A stretch of 64,000 nt of DNA, from assembly GCA_002633005.1 (NCBI GenBank), contig NMRA01000356.1, forward strand, positions 200,167 to 264,166. Reading direction: 5' to 3'. Below, one piece after another: positions 38,928 through 52,430 of this stretch. The notes under the pieces were generated by a model. The model was not told where the DNA came from. It searched no databases and saw nothing but the letters and a program-made list of their open reading frames with translations. Numbering within the stretch: position 1 is the first letter of the stretch; each line of letters opens with the position of its first letter. The DNA comes from Phoronis australis (taxonomy: Eukaryota > Animalia > Phoronida). The position numbers and the translations under genes were made by a program.

Positions 38928-40519
38928 GGCTTGTGTACTGCAAAGAAATACAAATACGGTATTACTTTAGTATTATAGCAGAACTTATTGGATTACTGAG
39001 ATTGACATGACAGCCTGAACGAGCATTGGAATAATTAAACACAAGAGGAGTCTCAAGCACACATTGAACAGCACAAAAGAATTATTTAAAGACTTAAGAA
39101 GAAACTGACAACTCAGTCTTGTTTGGTCTGCTCTCGAGTGGACAATATTTATCGACTGCTTTGTTTGAACGGCTATTAGAAATGTATACGAGCACTTTTC
39201 ATTTGTAAATCATCGATATTCGAGAATTTCCGACTGGCCGAGTAGAATGATTGCTAATCAATGGCAATCCAAATTAATCAAGTGCACGAGGTCGTACAAC
39301 AGCCTGTGCAGGTTTGGCTAAGGATAAGAGCAAGGGGGTTTGATTGGAAGTACTGACTTTACTTATTGTTGTGTAATATGCCGTACATTTAGTAATCGTG
39401 TTTTGTTAGTGTTGGGAAATAAAAGCAAACTTTTCGGCGTATCTCTGCACAGAAGATTGTTGACAATATCCGAGCTACGGCCCCGCTGTGACATTGAAGA
39501 CTGCCTAGTTCAGCAGTGTGGAACACCTGTGCTTGAATACGCCAAAACGTCGTGTACTTCAGTAAATGAGAAAATGTTCAGTGGCAAAAGATCGAGCATT
39601 TACCGCTTAAGATGTGTTACCGAAATTCCACATGCAATTTGATCAAGTCAATTCAGTGGGAAATTCATGTATAAAATCCCCTGTGAAAACCGCATTGAAA
39701 TACAAACCCGGTCGCCCGGTGTACGCACCCAAGTTATTCTTTTGTGATAAAATTGGCTTTGGAAGGAACACACTTAACTTCTTTTAACAGTAACTTTCCA
39801 TCTCAAAACATTGATAAATTTACACAACGGAATTCCCATTAAAGCTAATCTGAACCCAGCCTCGGGCTGTTTGCCGCCGATTGCATGCGAATTGGGTTTA
39901 AGGAATGAAAACACTCAACAGTTCGCTACAAAAGTACCATATCCACGTTGTGAGTCGAGCTCGGGAGACACGCGGCCGACGACTGATCCAAAGGAACATA
40001 GAAGAATCGCAAAGAAATTAATAAAGTCAAATCCGATAAGCCAGCGACATGAGCCAGAACTGGAATTTTTAGGGCTACAGCAAACTTGTTTTTGCCGAAA
40101 ACTCCCAGTTGGTGGAGACATCCGAGCGAGCCATTTAATATTCAGAGTGGCAGTAGGGCATCACCAGTGAGCAGTTCCAATCACGTTAATGTTTGGAAAT
40201 AACTCGTAGTAAGCTTAGCACACTACCGTGAATACCTCGGATAAACAATTCTATTCAGATTACGATAAGAAACACTGATAAGACTATCTTACCCATAAGT
40301 TCATATTCAAAGTTTGGCGTGTGTTTCCCGTCACCATCTTAACCACTCCAGTCGTGTAGCATGACTACTTGACACTAAATAGTTACAATAAGTGGAACGG
40401 TAGGTCAGAATCGAGGATTAGCACCTTATTTTGTGTTCTATTGTTGATGATAATCCCCACCGGCTTAAATGGGGACAGTCAAACAGACACCTGGGTAGAT
40501 AAATGCCAGAACTACTTAC

Positions 40520-40820
40520 CGTTTATTTGGCTCGCTGTATGAGCCACAACAGTAAACTCCGAAGGTGGGTACTAGTTAAACAAAAACTTGTTTTCCACAC
40601 ACAGGCACTGGAATTTGTAACAAATGTCCTCCCTCCAAAGAAAACATGTTGCTTGTCCATAAAATGTCTTCACATAGTAGTGGCCATTAATTAGATATAC
40701 TCAAAACGGGTTGAACAAATTGCTAACTTGTTGAGATCAAATCGAATTAAAATCCACAGACGTTTCCTTGCATTCCCCTTGTGACGAATTAGTCTCTTAC
40801 GCACTGATTGTTTGAATACT
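40520..40820 (-). other. bmp2/4: Predicted non-coding first exon (5' UTR) of BMP2/4
   Basis: The acceptor before the ATG requires an upstream exon; consensus donor CG|gtaagt at 40520/40519 lies 300 nt downstream of a TATA/Inr pair. Confidence 0.65.
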
Positions 40821-40930
40821 GTGATGGGCTACACACACGACTAATTTATATACGATGGATGTGACTTAGCTTTGCTCATGAGACGGTGTATATTGGCTTT
40901 TGTATGAATCAGAGCTCCTGATTGGTTGAG
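40815..40930 (-). promoter_or_regulatory. bmp2/4: Predicted BMP2/4 core promoter
   Basis: TATATAAAT at 40852-40844, Inr-like CAGT with A at 40820 (30 nt from TATAAA), CCAAT boxes at 40896-40892 and 40925-40921 (AACCAATCAG), all on - strand. Confidence 0.7.
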
Positions 40931-43900
40931 ACGCCAGCAAAGTCTAACAGCATTCGTGGCTATCGTACCCTGAGCTTACAGTCTCCCCCTAGTGGTAAGA
41001 TAACAAACTGGAAGTACACGTTTCGTCGCATTTTTGGTCGCCTCGGTCACAAATTGTAATTAGTTGACATTTTATGTCAACACGAGAAACACAAATACAA
41101 ACCACGTGTCTTGAATGCATAGATCTATTAAGTTATCTAAACTTGGAATTCATGAAACTCCTAAGCCAAAAATGTGGAATGAAATTTGTACCTTATTCAC
41201 ACGAACTTCCATATAAGAAACCAAAGAGTATTTTTGAGTTATGCATGCATGTCTGGTAATTTTCATAGTCTGGACATGTTTTTCATTAAAATCTCACTGG
41301 TAATTGTACAATCACTTGATTAACTACAAGTGATAAAAAATAGAAATCCTCGCTGTATTGAAACCAGCCACAGGAAACGATCAAGTCGTAATAACGCAAA
41401 CTGTCAATCAGTACGATATCAAGATAGAAATTATCTTGTCTTAGACATTGTTGAAATTGATGAGGATGATTTTGACAGGATATTGGGCATGTTGACAACC
41501 CAATGATTTCTTAGCGTTTTTTTCATTTTCATGCATCGATACCTGTGTTAAACTTGCATTTCGCCCTGCTTATTTGGCTGAAAAACCAAAATCGAATTAG
41601 GCCTTTTAGTCTGCGATTGGACTCTACTTCCGTAACCAAGTCACGACACCGATATATGAATGCGTACATGCCCCATTTTCAAATTCAGAATTTTAGGGCT
41701 GACAAATCTCAATAAACTCACGTTTTCTTGAGTCGCTGATAGTTTCGATGTTCTTGTTAAAAGGCGAGTGGTTGATGTCTCCTTTTATCTTGTGACTCAT
41801 TCCGCCTTCCGTTTATAATTATTAGTGTCACACCGATTTTTATGAAAAACTATTAATCGCTCCACGAAAAAAATAACATTGTCAAGTTCGTATTTTTTAT
41901 TTAAACATTAACTTGGTGTTGATGTTACATTTCACAGCCTGAATAATGCCTTTATTAAGAATGCGTTTAACATCAGGTTTTGCTTCCTCAGTAATACACC
42001 TACTACGGCAAACATTTTGATTTCCTTGGAGATCTTATGTTTCATAGCGACGTTGGAAAATACTTACACGGTAAATAAAGCGATCTAATACCCCACTAAT
42101 AAGGAACGAAATGTCTTGTCAATAATTTATCTACATCATCGGTTTCACGTGTTTTTGAATGACTGGATATGTGCTTTATCAACTGGTTATTACCCTGCCA
42201 CATCCGCCTCAAAATAGTAGGCGCGTAATTAAGAGTACAATTTTTCACTTGCATTTAATAAGAAAAAATATCTCTGTCGTAGGAGGAACCGTCAGTGAAG
42301 CCTTTTCCAGGAAATCGAATTTGATGCAATCGCACGTGATGTTTGCTTTTAAGGTAAGAAAGCATAAGACTTGTCTTTCAACACTTTTGGTTGGCAAGAA
42401 CATTGAATGACGTCTTCGCATAAAAGCCAACGATTTATTGGACTTGAATAATCAAAATTGGATGTCAGCTTTTTGAAATGCATAACGTTAAAACTGAGAT
42501 ACTTTGATAAATATTTTTCTTTAGTTGTAGAATCTTGCGAACGCCGACAGTCAAATCGGCATGTTTATTGATATCAAAGACCTGCTTTCTAAATAGCATA
42601 CCTACTAATATGATTAAACAAACAAATTTGGTTTGCTATTTAAATACCTAGTTTTGACAACACCTAATCCAAAACAACAGTCAATCAATCCTCGCCTAAT
42701 TACCAGTCAGAGTAGACAATGGCTACCTCTCCACATAATACAAATGATCTAATTTTTTGTCATACGATCAATTTGTAATTAACCCGTACGCAGGAATGGT
42801 CGAAGTATCACGTGACTGTCATTGAATCTTTTTCTAATTACCGTATGTTTACCTTTATAGCATTCTTTGTCTATTCATTGTCTCGTAATTAGTCATTGAT
42901 TGTAATAACAGGTGTTTGTATGTTAATGAAGAGATGTTAATTACCAAAAAGTGGCGTGATAATAAGTAATTTGCATAGTCAATGTGCAGGTATGAAAAAC
43001 GATTGCCAGTTTTGATGAAGGTATGAGGCGTCTACTTCGTCTTGTTATGATTCAGTCTTCCTCATGAGGCGCAATAAACACACGTCTTGTGTCAAAACAC
43101 TGAGGACATTTACCGTTACAACAGCAGTCTCATCTTGCTCCTTTTTCACATTAGAAATGTCTTCAAGAGTCAGAAAGAACTGACCGGTCTGACAATTCGT
43201 TACTACTTCACACCAATCTCTCATTTAGTAGCTTGTAACGCTGTGTAAGTTTCAGCCGCCCATGAAGTAAAGCCGTCAGCCGATGGGACTTTCAGGCGTT
43301 CTGTTAAAACCAAACACAGAATACGAACGCGATGACTATGCTTTGGGAGGTCAGATTCTCTTGTGAAGAAAGTTGCTTTTTGACACGAGAGCTATACCTT
43401 CATGTTTGTTGAAACGTGAGTAGAAATGTTGTGAATGATTTATAATTACATCAATATGCCATTTAAATCCGCTGATACCTTCAGTTGTAAGCTATTTTTG
43501 ATTTCTTCAAAAGTCACGGTAGTATAGGAACGTGCGTACGCATCCCGTTTTCACAAACTCAAAACTTTAAACAAGCGTGGGATTTTGTGGCTTAAACAAT
43601 TTGATTTACAGTGGGTTCATTTTACAAAATAAACTAAATACACCAATAATAATGGCATAAAACAACCAAACTTTTTACTTGTATCCTTTCAACAGATTTA
43701 CTTATGAAACGTAGTTATGCCATCTGGAATGATAACGAGGAATTGTTTCCAACCCACTTAGCAATGGATATTTAAGAGACGCGAACACTATTACTGAAAA
43801 TTATACGCGTTTTACGAGACACATTTAAGCCTGGAAACGGAATTTAATACATCCCCTTTGCTTACTTGGGCCCGGATGTTGTCATACCAGAAGCAGGTCT

Positions 43901-44521
43901 TTTAAACACCTGTCTGTGTGCATTATTTCTGTTAAATTGGCCATGACACTAAAAGAAACCATTCGCTTGTCAAAAGACTTTAATGTCGAGCTACCTAAAT
44001 ATTACCCAAGGAATTTAAACTCAAGCAACACCGTGAGAACCGGATACGGAAATAGGACAGAGCTAACTGTACAATTCTGTCATAAGCTGTACAGAAGACG
44101 ATGATTGTATTTCATGTTATCTCTATCGTTTTGGTGACGACGGAAATGCTGTAGTAAATTCTGTAGTTAGAGGAGACATCTGTTAGTTTGAATCTTAAAC
44201 ATTTAAGAGAAGCGTGAATAATTGTTAGGGAAAACAACTGTGGAAGTGTTCGGACAACTTTTTTTCAAACTCAATCTTCTTGGTGCTGAGGTCTCTAAGG
44301 TCGCGGCTGCGGTCAACAAGTACATTTTACACTTTCTGCGAATCTAATTCATAAACAAAGCGACATCAATAACAGAATATTTAACGGCCCTCATTTGATG
44401 ACCTTGACTAATGACCAAACAACAAATATTCGTGTATTAGAACAATAAACTTCGTAACTTCATGCGATTCACTGTAAGCTGTTATGAAATCAGACAAATG
44501 TAATTGATGACTTTAAAATGC

Positions 44522-44586
44522 AGCAAAGCAGGAGAGCGCAGGTCGTAAAATGTAGCAAAGCAGGAGAGAGAGCAGGTCGTAAAATA
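44522..44586. repeat. ~31-33-bp tandem duplication
   Basis: AGCAAAGCAGGAGAG...GCAGGTCGTAAAAT twice. Confidence 0.85.
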
Positions 44587-47065
44587 CACGTTGTTTTTGG
44601 GTTGGTATTTGATAATGTACGTGTTTTCTTGTCATCACTCTCCATCTACATGAGAGTGACATGCCTGCAGAATGTCTCTTTATAAATTGTTCACGTGCCG
44701 TCTTTATACACTGCAGAAAATCTCGCGGTACTCGCCGTGGGTCTCCCTGTGCCGCCTCCGTATTAATGCACCAGCTAACGAGGTTTCTACCTGTGTCGTT
44801 TTGCTTTGAAGTTTCGAATGTTCTAGTCTCCATTTCCCAAGAGCACGTGGAACAATGACGTCACAGTTGGTGCGTCTCTTTCCCCAACTAATTAATCGCT
44901 AATTAATACATAATCGTTCCTTAATTATGTTCAAGGAAAAACGGATCAAAACTTAAATATGTGAATGAGGCGGTAATTAGCCCATTGACTCAAGACTTAA
45001 TGAGTTAATTATATATCAGAAATCTGTAGACAACAATGTTGTGTAAGTAATTAGCTTTGACCGGACAAACAAAAATGAAGTCGTCAATAAGATACCCGTA
45101 TGGAATTATCATTGATTTGCGATGTATCGTAATCAATCACCGATACAAAACAGCCGCCTCACAATTGAAAGGTTATCTTAAATAATCAATCATATCTTGC
45201 TTAATTACCTTAATTAAGCATTGTTATTAATTAAACCTTGCGTAAAAGATTTAACAATCGGGGCGAATTAAAATTTTGACTTTGATTGGTGTAAACCTAA
45301 TAATTTCTAATTATGCTAATATTGATTGCAATTAGAATACTAATTAATTTCTATTCATTTAATTAACCTTCTAATTAGACGTGAAAATGTTCATCGATTC
45401 TGACCTAAATATCACTGCACTAAAAGGCCCAATTGATCGAATGAAAATCAAGGTAAATCTTATACCATAAAGTGCTACACAGATGCCTCGGAAAACTGCA
45501 TTGTGGGAGCCACGTGTTACGAGTGATATAAATACACAATAATGGAGTATATTTTTAAGTTACGAATCATGCATTTTGAACTTTGAAAGGCTACATAAAT
45601 TTTCTACACGAACAGAATAAATCAAACGATGAACTCTTTTGATCTGACGAAATTATGTTTGTAGTTAAAAAGAGTTGAGTATTTCGGCGTTGACATTATA
45701 TTTCTCGCATTAATTTAAACAAAATGATCTCTTCGCACATTCAACCATCCACACTGATGAAATGATTGCCTATTGATAATCATACCGTCTGAATTGCAAC
45801 ACTTGCAGTATATCAGCAGCGAAACATGATGAAACGTGGTGTAATGCTTACTTTAAACAAACTCTAAATGAAACTTTTCTGCAAACAATCTGAAGTTAAC
45901 TGAACCAAACGTCGTGAATATGTTGAAACAAAACGGATTTACCATCTCTGTTGTAATTTGGTGCGTTTTTGCACTAAAGGAATAAAAAAAGTCAGGGGTA
46001 AGAAGACAGTTTCGGACCATTTAATTTTGAAACACCTAGTGAAAAGTTATGGAGATTGGAAAACGTATCCTGATAAGTACATGCGTTCTTACTATACCGC
46101 AGTACACGGTAGACATTTGTGTTATGGAAACCGCAAGATTCAATAGAGGAGACCATTTTGATTCTGGACAGAATTAATCTGATTTCAGTGGTGTTCCATT
46201 ACATTTTGAGGCTCGTTCAATTGATTTTCTGTCGTAGAGTCGACAGCTCTGTGACTGCGATTTGGCTGAAGACTTGAGCGAAGACGATTTATCTATGTTT
46301 GTCGCAGACCAGTCGACTCGCCAGTGACCGAGTTCTTATCAGAACTATTGTCTGGCTGGACCGTTTTGATTAGCAAATTCAACGAAACTCGTACGAAAGC
46401 AAAAAAAAACAGAAATAGCCACCAATTAAACAATATTTTATCAAAATTAAGACGTCTTGTCTTTGTAAAAAATATGTGTTAATATTGTGGCGCGGCAGAA
46501 GGCAACATTGTGCCGATAGTGTTGTAGGCCTACATGGTTGACGAAGTGTTCAAAACAATGCTACAGACGATACGACATGATTTGGCGCAAAAATATTGAC
46601 TCAGTATCGTCTGCTCTGAGTACTAGCGTACGTGTCACGAAGCGTTCAAATAGTCCCTAAAGATTTGGCGCTACTGGCATTACGAAACGTTTACTTATCA
46701 AGTGTTACCTAGCAGACAATGTGATTTCGATAGTCTACACCAGGGCGTCAAAGAATGGAATAAAGAAGGGCAGTACATCAAATTATAGCAGCATATGGAC
46801 AATGTAAACAGATATTTATCGAAAACAAAAAGTATGAATCATAGCAAAATCAGGTGCCTTCGACTATTATGAAATCGAAAAAATGACTAACACCGATGAA
46901 TTGCATCTCTTGATTGACAAAAGGACACCAAGTGCAAATGAAAGAATTATCTATTTAATTCAATTATTCTGCAGCAGAACTTTTTAAGACGGATTATGAG
47001 AAATGTTTTAAGCCCCACTCCAGCGGTTAGGTCAAGGTCAAAACTTCTAACTTCACCTGGAAATG

Positions 47066-47249
47066 TTTTCGATGTTCTACACAGTACAGCCTATATTTTC
47101 GATGTTCTACACAGTACAGCCTATACTTTCGATGTTCTACACAGTACAACCTATATTTTCGATGTTCTACACAGTACAACCTATATTTTCGATGTTCTAC
47201 ACAGTACAGCTTATATTTTCGATGTTCTACACAGTACAGCCTATATTTT
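47066..47249. repeat. 30-bp minisatellite x6
   Basis: GATGTTCTACACAGTACAGCCTATATTTTC at 47071, 47101 ... 47221. Confidence 0.97.
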
Positions 47250-47360
47250 AATTGCGTGGGACTGATCGGAACTGTCCCATCAAAACTGTATATTTCTTTC
47301 AGAAGAACCTTGTTATGCATGGACGTTAAATGTTTCCCACTAAGACTTCTTTAAAGCCAT

Positions 47361-47410
47361 ACACGCGTTCCGTTATAAACACGCGTTCCGTTATAAACAC
47401 GCGTTCTGTT
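47361..47410. repeat. 18-bp tandem repeat x2.7
   Basis: ACACGCGTTCCGTTATAA. Confidence 0.9.
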
Positions 47411-47489
47411 CGTCCAAGAAGCGAACTTTTTATTTAGATTACTCACCGCTATAAAATTAGCAATAACTTTTTCACTACTCAATTGGGAA

Positions 47490-47630
47490 ATGATTTCTGG
47501 TCTGCAAAAAACTGACAGTTCGTTTTTCGTTGACACTATGCTCGGCACACAGAATGACACGCCGTGACACGCCAATTTTCAATACCTGAAATCACCTCCA
47601 CTTTGACTGAGGAGCAATTCGAAACCAATT
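47490..47630. mobile_element. Palindromic MITE-like family member
   Basis: CTGACAGTTCGTT...GAATGACACGCCGTGACA...CCTGAAATCACCTCC matches the 21409 and 52238 copies. Confidence 0.6.
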
Positions 47631-50600
47631 TATTACGGTAATGACTAGTCCAAATCAAAATTTCGGATTTGTGATGGAAAACGAGCTTGGTTTAGAGCTT
47701 TCAGCACACTAAAACACTGCTAGTATCTACAAGTAACAAGTCATACATACACTAAATGTTGCAACAGCAAGGACCATGCACCCTCACTTTCTATACTGGC
47801 CTTATCATTAACAGATAACCTTTCTCATCAACGCAGTTCGTTTCTCACAAACCGCAGTTCTGCCCATCCATTTCTTTTTACGCTAACAGGACCCACATGT
47901 TTGACTCTATGTTTTAGCGCTTACTTGGTAAAATGTATGAGCTCTGTCTGTCTGTACAATGCAATGGAGGGACGTACTTTAAAGTAGGAGAATGTCAGTG
48001 CTTAAATCACGCGATCGAAAGCAAATGCTTGTACAGTTAATTGCTCGACTAATTACTACAACGAACTTTTGAAACAGTAGTAGCTACATAAAATAATTCC
48101 TCGTTTACATCTATTCCAACTCCAGAGCTGCTTTTGTAATAAGCTAGATAGAGAGTAGCAGGCCTATATTTTTAAATTATACGAAACAATTTCGTGAAAT
48201 TTCAGGACTTCTGTGAATCACAACTTGGCCTAAGGTTTACATGATTACTGATGTATTATCAAACATGTGCACATATGTTGATGTATGTTATTTACAATAA
48301 ACGACAAAATCATTTCCGAGCTCTCCGATTTCTCTCGATTCACGGAATGATGACGAGCCGGTATTTGTAAACAACGCACTGCCCGGTTTGTATCAATCAC
48401 CATAAAATAATTAAACAAAATAAAACACAGGACAATAAATGGCCCATAAATTACATGTATGAATCGTTGCTGAATCACAAACCTTCTAAACACTACTCGT
48501 ACATGTACTCAATTACCTCATTGAGGACATCTAGAGTGTGCGAAATAGTGTTTCTTCTAATTGATGAAAACTGAAAGAGTGCAAAATGCTTACTAGGGAT
48601 ACTCACGCTTACTTTGGCATTCCGATTCTAAGAATTTTCCACTTTTGTGAAATCACAAAAGTGGGTAATATAACGGAGTGCTCCTGTCACAGATAGTGCT
48701 TTCATTCTCTTTAAGAGAAATTGCCGGTATATCGAGCTACTAACGCCACTTTCAGTACTTCGGGAAGTGGACTTTCCAAAAAGAAATAACCCATTCGCTG
48801 TCAAAAGAAATTTCGCTATTTCCAAGGTCTTTAATAGAATTGGCAGCTTAAATGACCGAAAAATGTACTTGCAAGAAATACCTGAGCCAAAACACGATAA
48901 TTGCAACTTAGCATCAGTTTTGCTGTCTTTCTGAGATAGGGGTTAGAAACATCGGTGACAATGACTCATGAATAAAGCGCAAAGTTGACCAGAATTACAC
49001 AAGTTTATCTTAGTCAACACTTCAACAGTTATTTAGGACTTTTTTCAAAAATACTTCGGTTTTATTACGTGAATGGAGTTTCCTATTCTTTTCATTTTCG
49101 CAAAAATCTGCGAGGCCAGTGACCCTCGGCCGTCTTCGGCTAACCGTGAATCACGCGAGGTAAAGGTCAAGCCTACTTCCCCGGCACGTAATATTAGAAT
49201 TCAGGCGTGGAGTCCACAAACACAGCACTCTTAGTTTTCGTAGTGGATCTGTATAGTTATAACCAATGTCCGGGATCATTCGAATTTTTTGAGGCTCGTC
49301 AAGAAATTCAATCGATTTAACCAGGGGGACACTTTAAACCATATGAGCTTTTCAAATACAATTTTTATGCTTAAGCTTAAAACCAATCAAAACTAAGCAT
49401 AAATGTCAAGGTCAGTGCATTCCTGGAGAGGAGAGAGGAATGCAAACACACCCAGGCTGTCTACCAGGGCGAGGTACGTCGCCATTTCTCAAAAAGACGA
49501 CTCCTCTCGCACGGCAGTCCAGTGCTCGATTTCGTTCGCAAATGCTTACTCTAGCGAGGTTACTCCTCCAGTGGCCGGGCTTCGTTTTTCACCTCTCTTT
49601 CTCACGGCTTTGATCAGCATCACACATAGATCATTTTCACTGAGATCGACATCGAACAGCTGATTTTTATAGAATTCTAAGTCTGTCGGTTGTTCGCGTA
49701 TTCGGGTTTTGCTTATTAGCGCGTTAGGTGAACGCGTAAACTGAAGATACTTCCTATTCCTGAGACACTGAACATTCACATTCACAAGTTGGGACGTCAT
49801 GGATTCCGAGAACGGGTTAATTATTTAGATTTGCACACAGATGTAACAAATACAGCCGCTTGACTCTTTCATTTACGTGTGAAGTGGATTCAGATCCTGG
49901 CAGAAGTAATGGAATTCGTTAATATTGCATTTGCTGTTGTTGAATTTAATGACTGATTTGGGTCAAGTGACACATGTAGCACCAGACCCCCAGTTTAGAA
50001 ATGTCAAACTACCGTTCCTTTAGACAAGAGACATCCTACGCACATCAGCAAAGTGAATTAACACGTTAAGTAATACATGCAGACATAAATTAACGAGTAA
50101 AAGAATTATATCCGGATACGTTTAAAACATGTCACAGGCTTGTATTCCATAGATTTCTGTTAAATGGGAAAGCAACCGTTTTTAGTATCATTTTAGTTAT
50201 ATTGCGAATTTCCCTGTTATCCTAGATAAATTTTAAAGTTAATACATTTGTCATTCCGGAAGTGACGGTCGCGATTCCCCTCTAGCTATGTTTACAATCA
50301 TGCCCTTTGGATTGAGTTTGTCATAGGATGCGTCATTGTATACATCAGCCTTTCACTGAGTCTTTGCTCGAAAGTCGTTGCGTACCGGTATGCAAGCATC
50401 TTGAGCTCTCATTTCACCGATTTCTAGTGGTTGACAACATTCGTCAGAGTATGTAGCCTAGTCCATTCACGTCACTGCTAAAGCGATGCAAAACTACCAT
50501 GTGTGCGACAAATATTTCTTACTATCGGATTACGAAAAGGATGTGTACACAAATATCCTTAAGGTACCAGCTAAACTGTCTTGAAGAAGGGTGTCATACT

Positions 50601-51557
50601 GTCGGTATCCTACACGTTCTTCTTCATCGCCACCTGCTAGGAGTGCTTTTTTGAAACGCGAAACGTCGCGAGAAGCAGCCACTGTAGTGATTCAAGACCT
50701 CGGAGTTCGTGACATTCGTGTTTATGAACGCTTCACCGCGGCGTCTAATGCCAGCAACCACCATTTACTTGTTTTGTGTGACATCATGTTGACGTTTTGG
50801 ACCCAGTCAAACAAAATTAAAATGCTAAAATTAAAAACAACAATAATACTTTGGCCAGATTTACGTTTCCCTATGAATTCCTATGGTCTTGGAAAATTAT
50901 TGCCTGGCTATGGACCTGATCAATCTTAGTCCTTCTCAACTGCCCGTTGTCAGAACACACAGCTTAATCCAAGCACATAATTTTGTAAAAAAACTCATAT
51001 GTTAAATTGCCATCTTGTTTGCCTGAAGCGTAAAACATCCGGGACCTGTAAAAATTTTGAATATGTGGTGGCTGTGCATTTCTATTCCTATCTGTGGGTC
51101 CAAATCACGTCATAATAATGACTGATGCGTCAAAACTCAACAACCGAATAGCCCAACCGTCTGCGTGATTCGTGTTTTTGTGGTCGCCGACTCCACCCAC
51201 TACAGAGGAAGCAATGGCTGAATTTCACTCAGTTGAGTTCTACTTCAATCTGCGATTGTCAGAGAATACTCGTCGGAGGCAAACACGTATGTTGGAAAAT
51301 AGCGCAGAATAAGCAGACGTCCACAATGAATCGTCACACAAACAAAGCTGGCAGGGAATGATTCGGACCACTAACGTCACTTCCGGAGTGACGAATGCAT
51401 AATTTATCAACCTGGGTGAATGTAATTGACCTACAAAAATTTGTCTAGGATAACCAGAAAATCTCAATTTAACCAAAGATGACACTAGAAACGGTTGCCT
51501 TTCCTTTCCAAGAGTCTATAAACAAAAACATTTTTATCTATACCACTTACAGTTATG

Positions 51558-51705
51558 AAATTAGTTTCAAACTGTTACTTAGTCAAACTGGAGGTGATTT
51601 CAGGGAACCGAAAGATCTGACAGTTCATTATTGTTTGAGACAATGCTCTACAAGTCTGGATACAGAAAATTATCAACTTTTGACCAGTTGCAACGCTTTC
51701 GTTCT
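51558..51705. mobile_element. Palindromic MITE-like family member
   Basis: CTTAGTCAAA..GGAGGTGATTTCAGG...CTGACAGTTC shared with 52238-52430. Confidence 0.6.
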
Positions 51706-52237
51706 TCTGAAAAACGCAGCGTCACGTTTGCAATTAGCCTACATGCTTACGACCATCCTAGCTACGACTGGGCTTGCGACATTTAAAACAAATCTCCGAA
51801 GATTTGGTTATTACACGTATTAAAAACGTGACATTACTTTCCCAAGGATTACATTTCTATTCCATGTACAGACTTCATCACCATATGAAGCTCGGACATC
51901 CGATGGGAAGGACGAGTCCAAAGTGCTAAGTAAAGACGTGAAAATGTAAGAACGGGATTGTAGAAATATGTGAGTTATTGGCACGCCATTACAAAGTTGC
52001 AGCCAATGCAGCTTTTGAAGTGGATATCGGTAGCACGTTAGCAAATCCACTGCCCAAAACTGTGTCAAACTTATTTCTCGTCCGTCCGTCGCATTTTTGG
52101 ATCCACTTTTCCTATCGAGAGTATGAGGTTCGTATTGGTGTAGAAAGGAAAAGTATTTCGATTAAATATTAACAGATTTAGGCTACATGTTCAAAATGGT
52201 CTACAGGAAGCATATATTTCGATAACTCGGCATTATG

Positions 52238-52430
52238 AAATTGGTCTCAAATTGTCCCTTAGTCAAAGAGGAGGTGATTTCAGGACTTTCAAAGTACTGA
52301 CAGTTCGTTGCGGCGTGAGACCATGCTCTGCAAGTCGGCTTGTCATTCTGAGCATGGTTTCACGGAATAACGAACTGTTAAGACTTTTTGCAAACTCAGA
52401 AATTACTTCCCATCTGAGTAACTAGAAACA
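52238..52430. mobile_element. Palindromic MITE-like family member
   Basis: Same arm as the 51558 copy; internal inverted ACAGTTCGTT / AACGAACTGT and GACCATGCTC / GAGCATGGTT. Confidence 0.62.

Noticed and set aside
37145-38970. + strand ORFs overlapping BMP2/4
   Set aside because: Antisense shadows of the real coding sequence
46996-47320. Repetitive ORFs on both strands (FDVLHSTAYI, YCVEHRKYRL)
   Set aside because: They result from a stop-free 30-bp minisatellite; there is no splice or homology support
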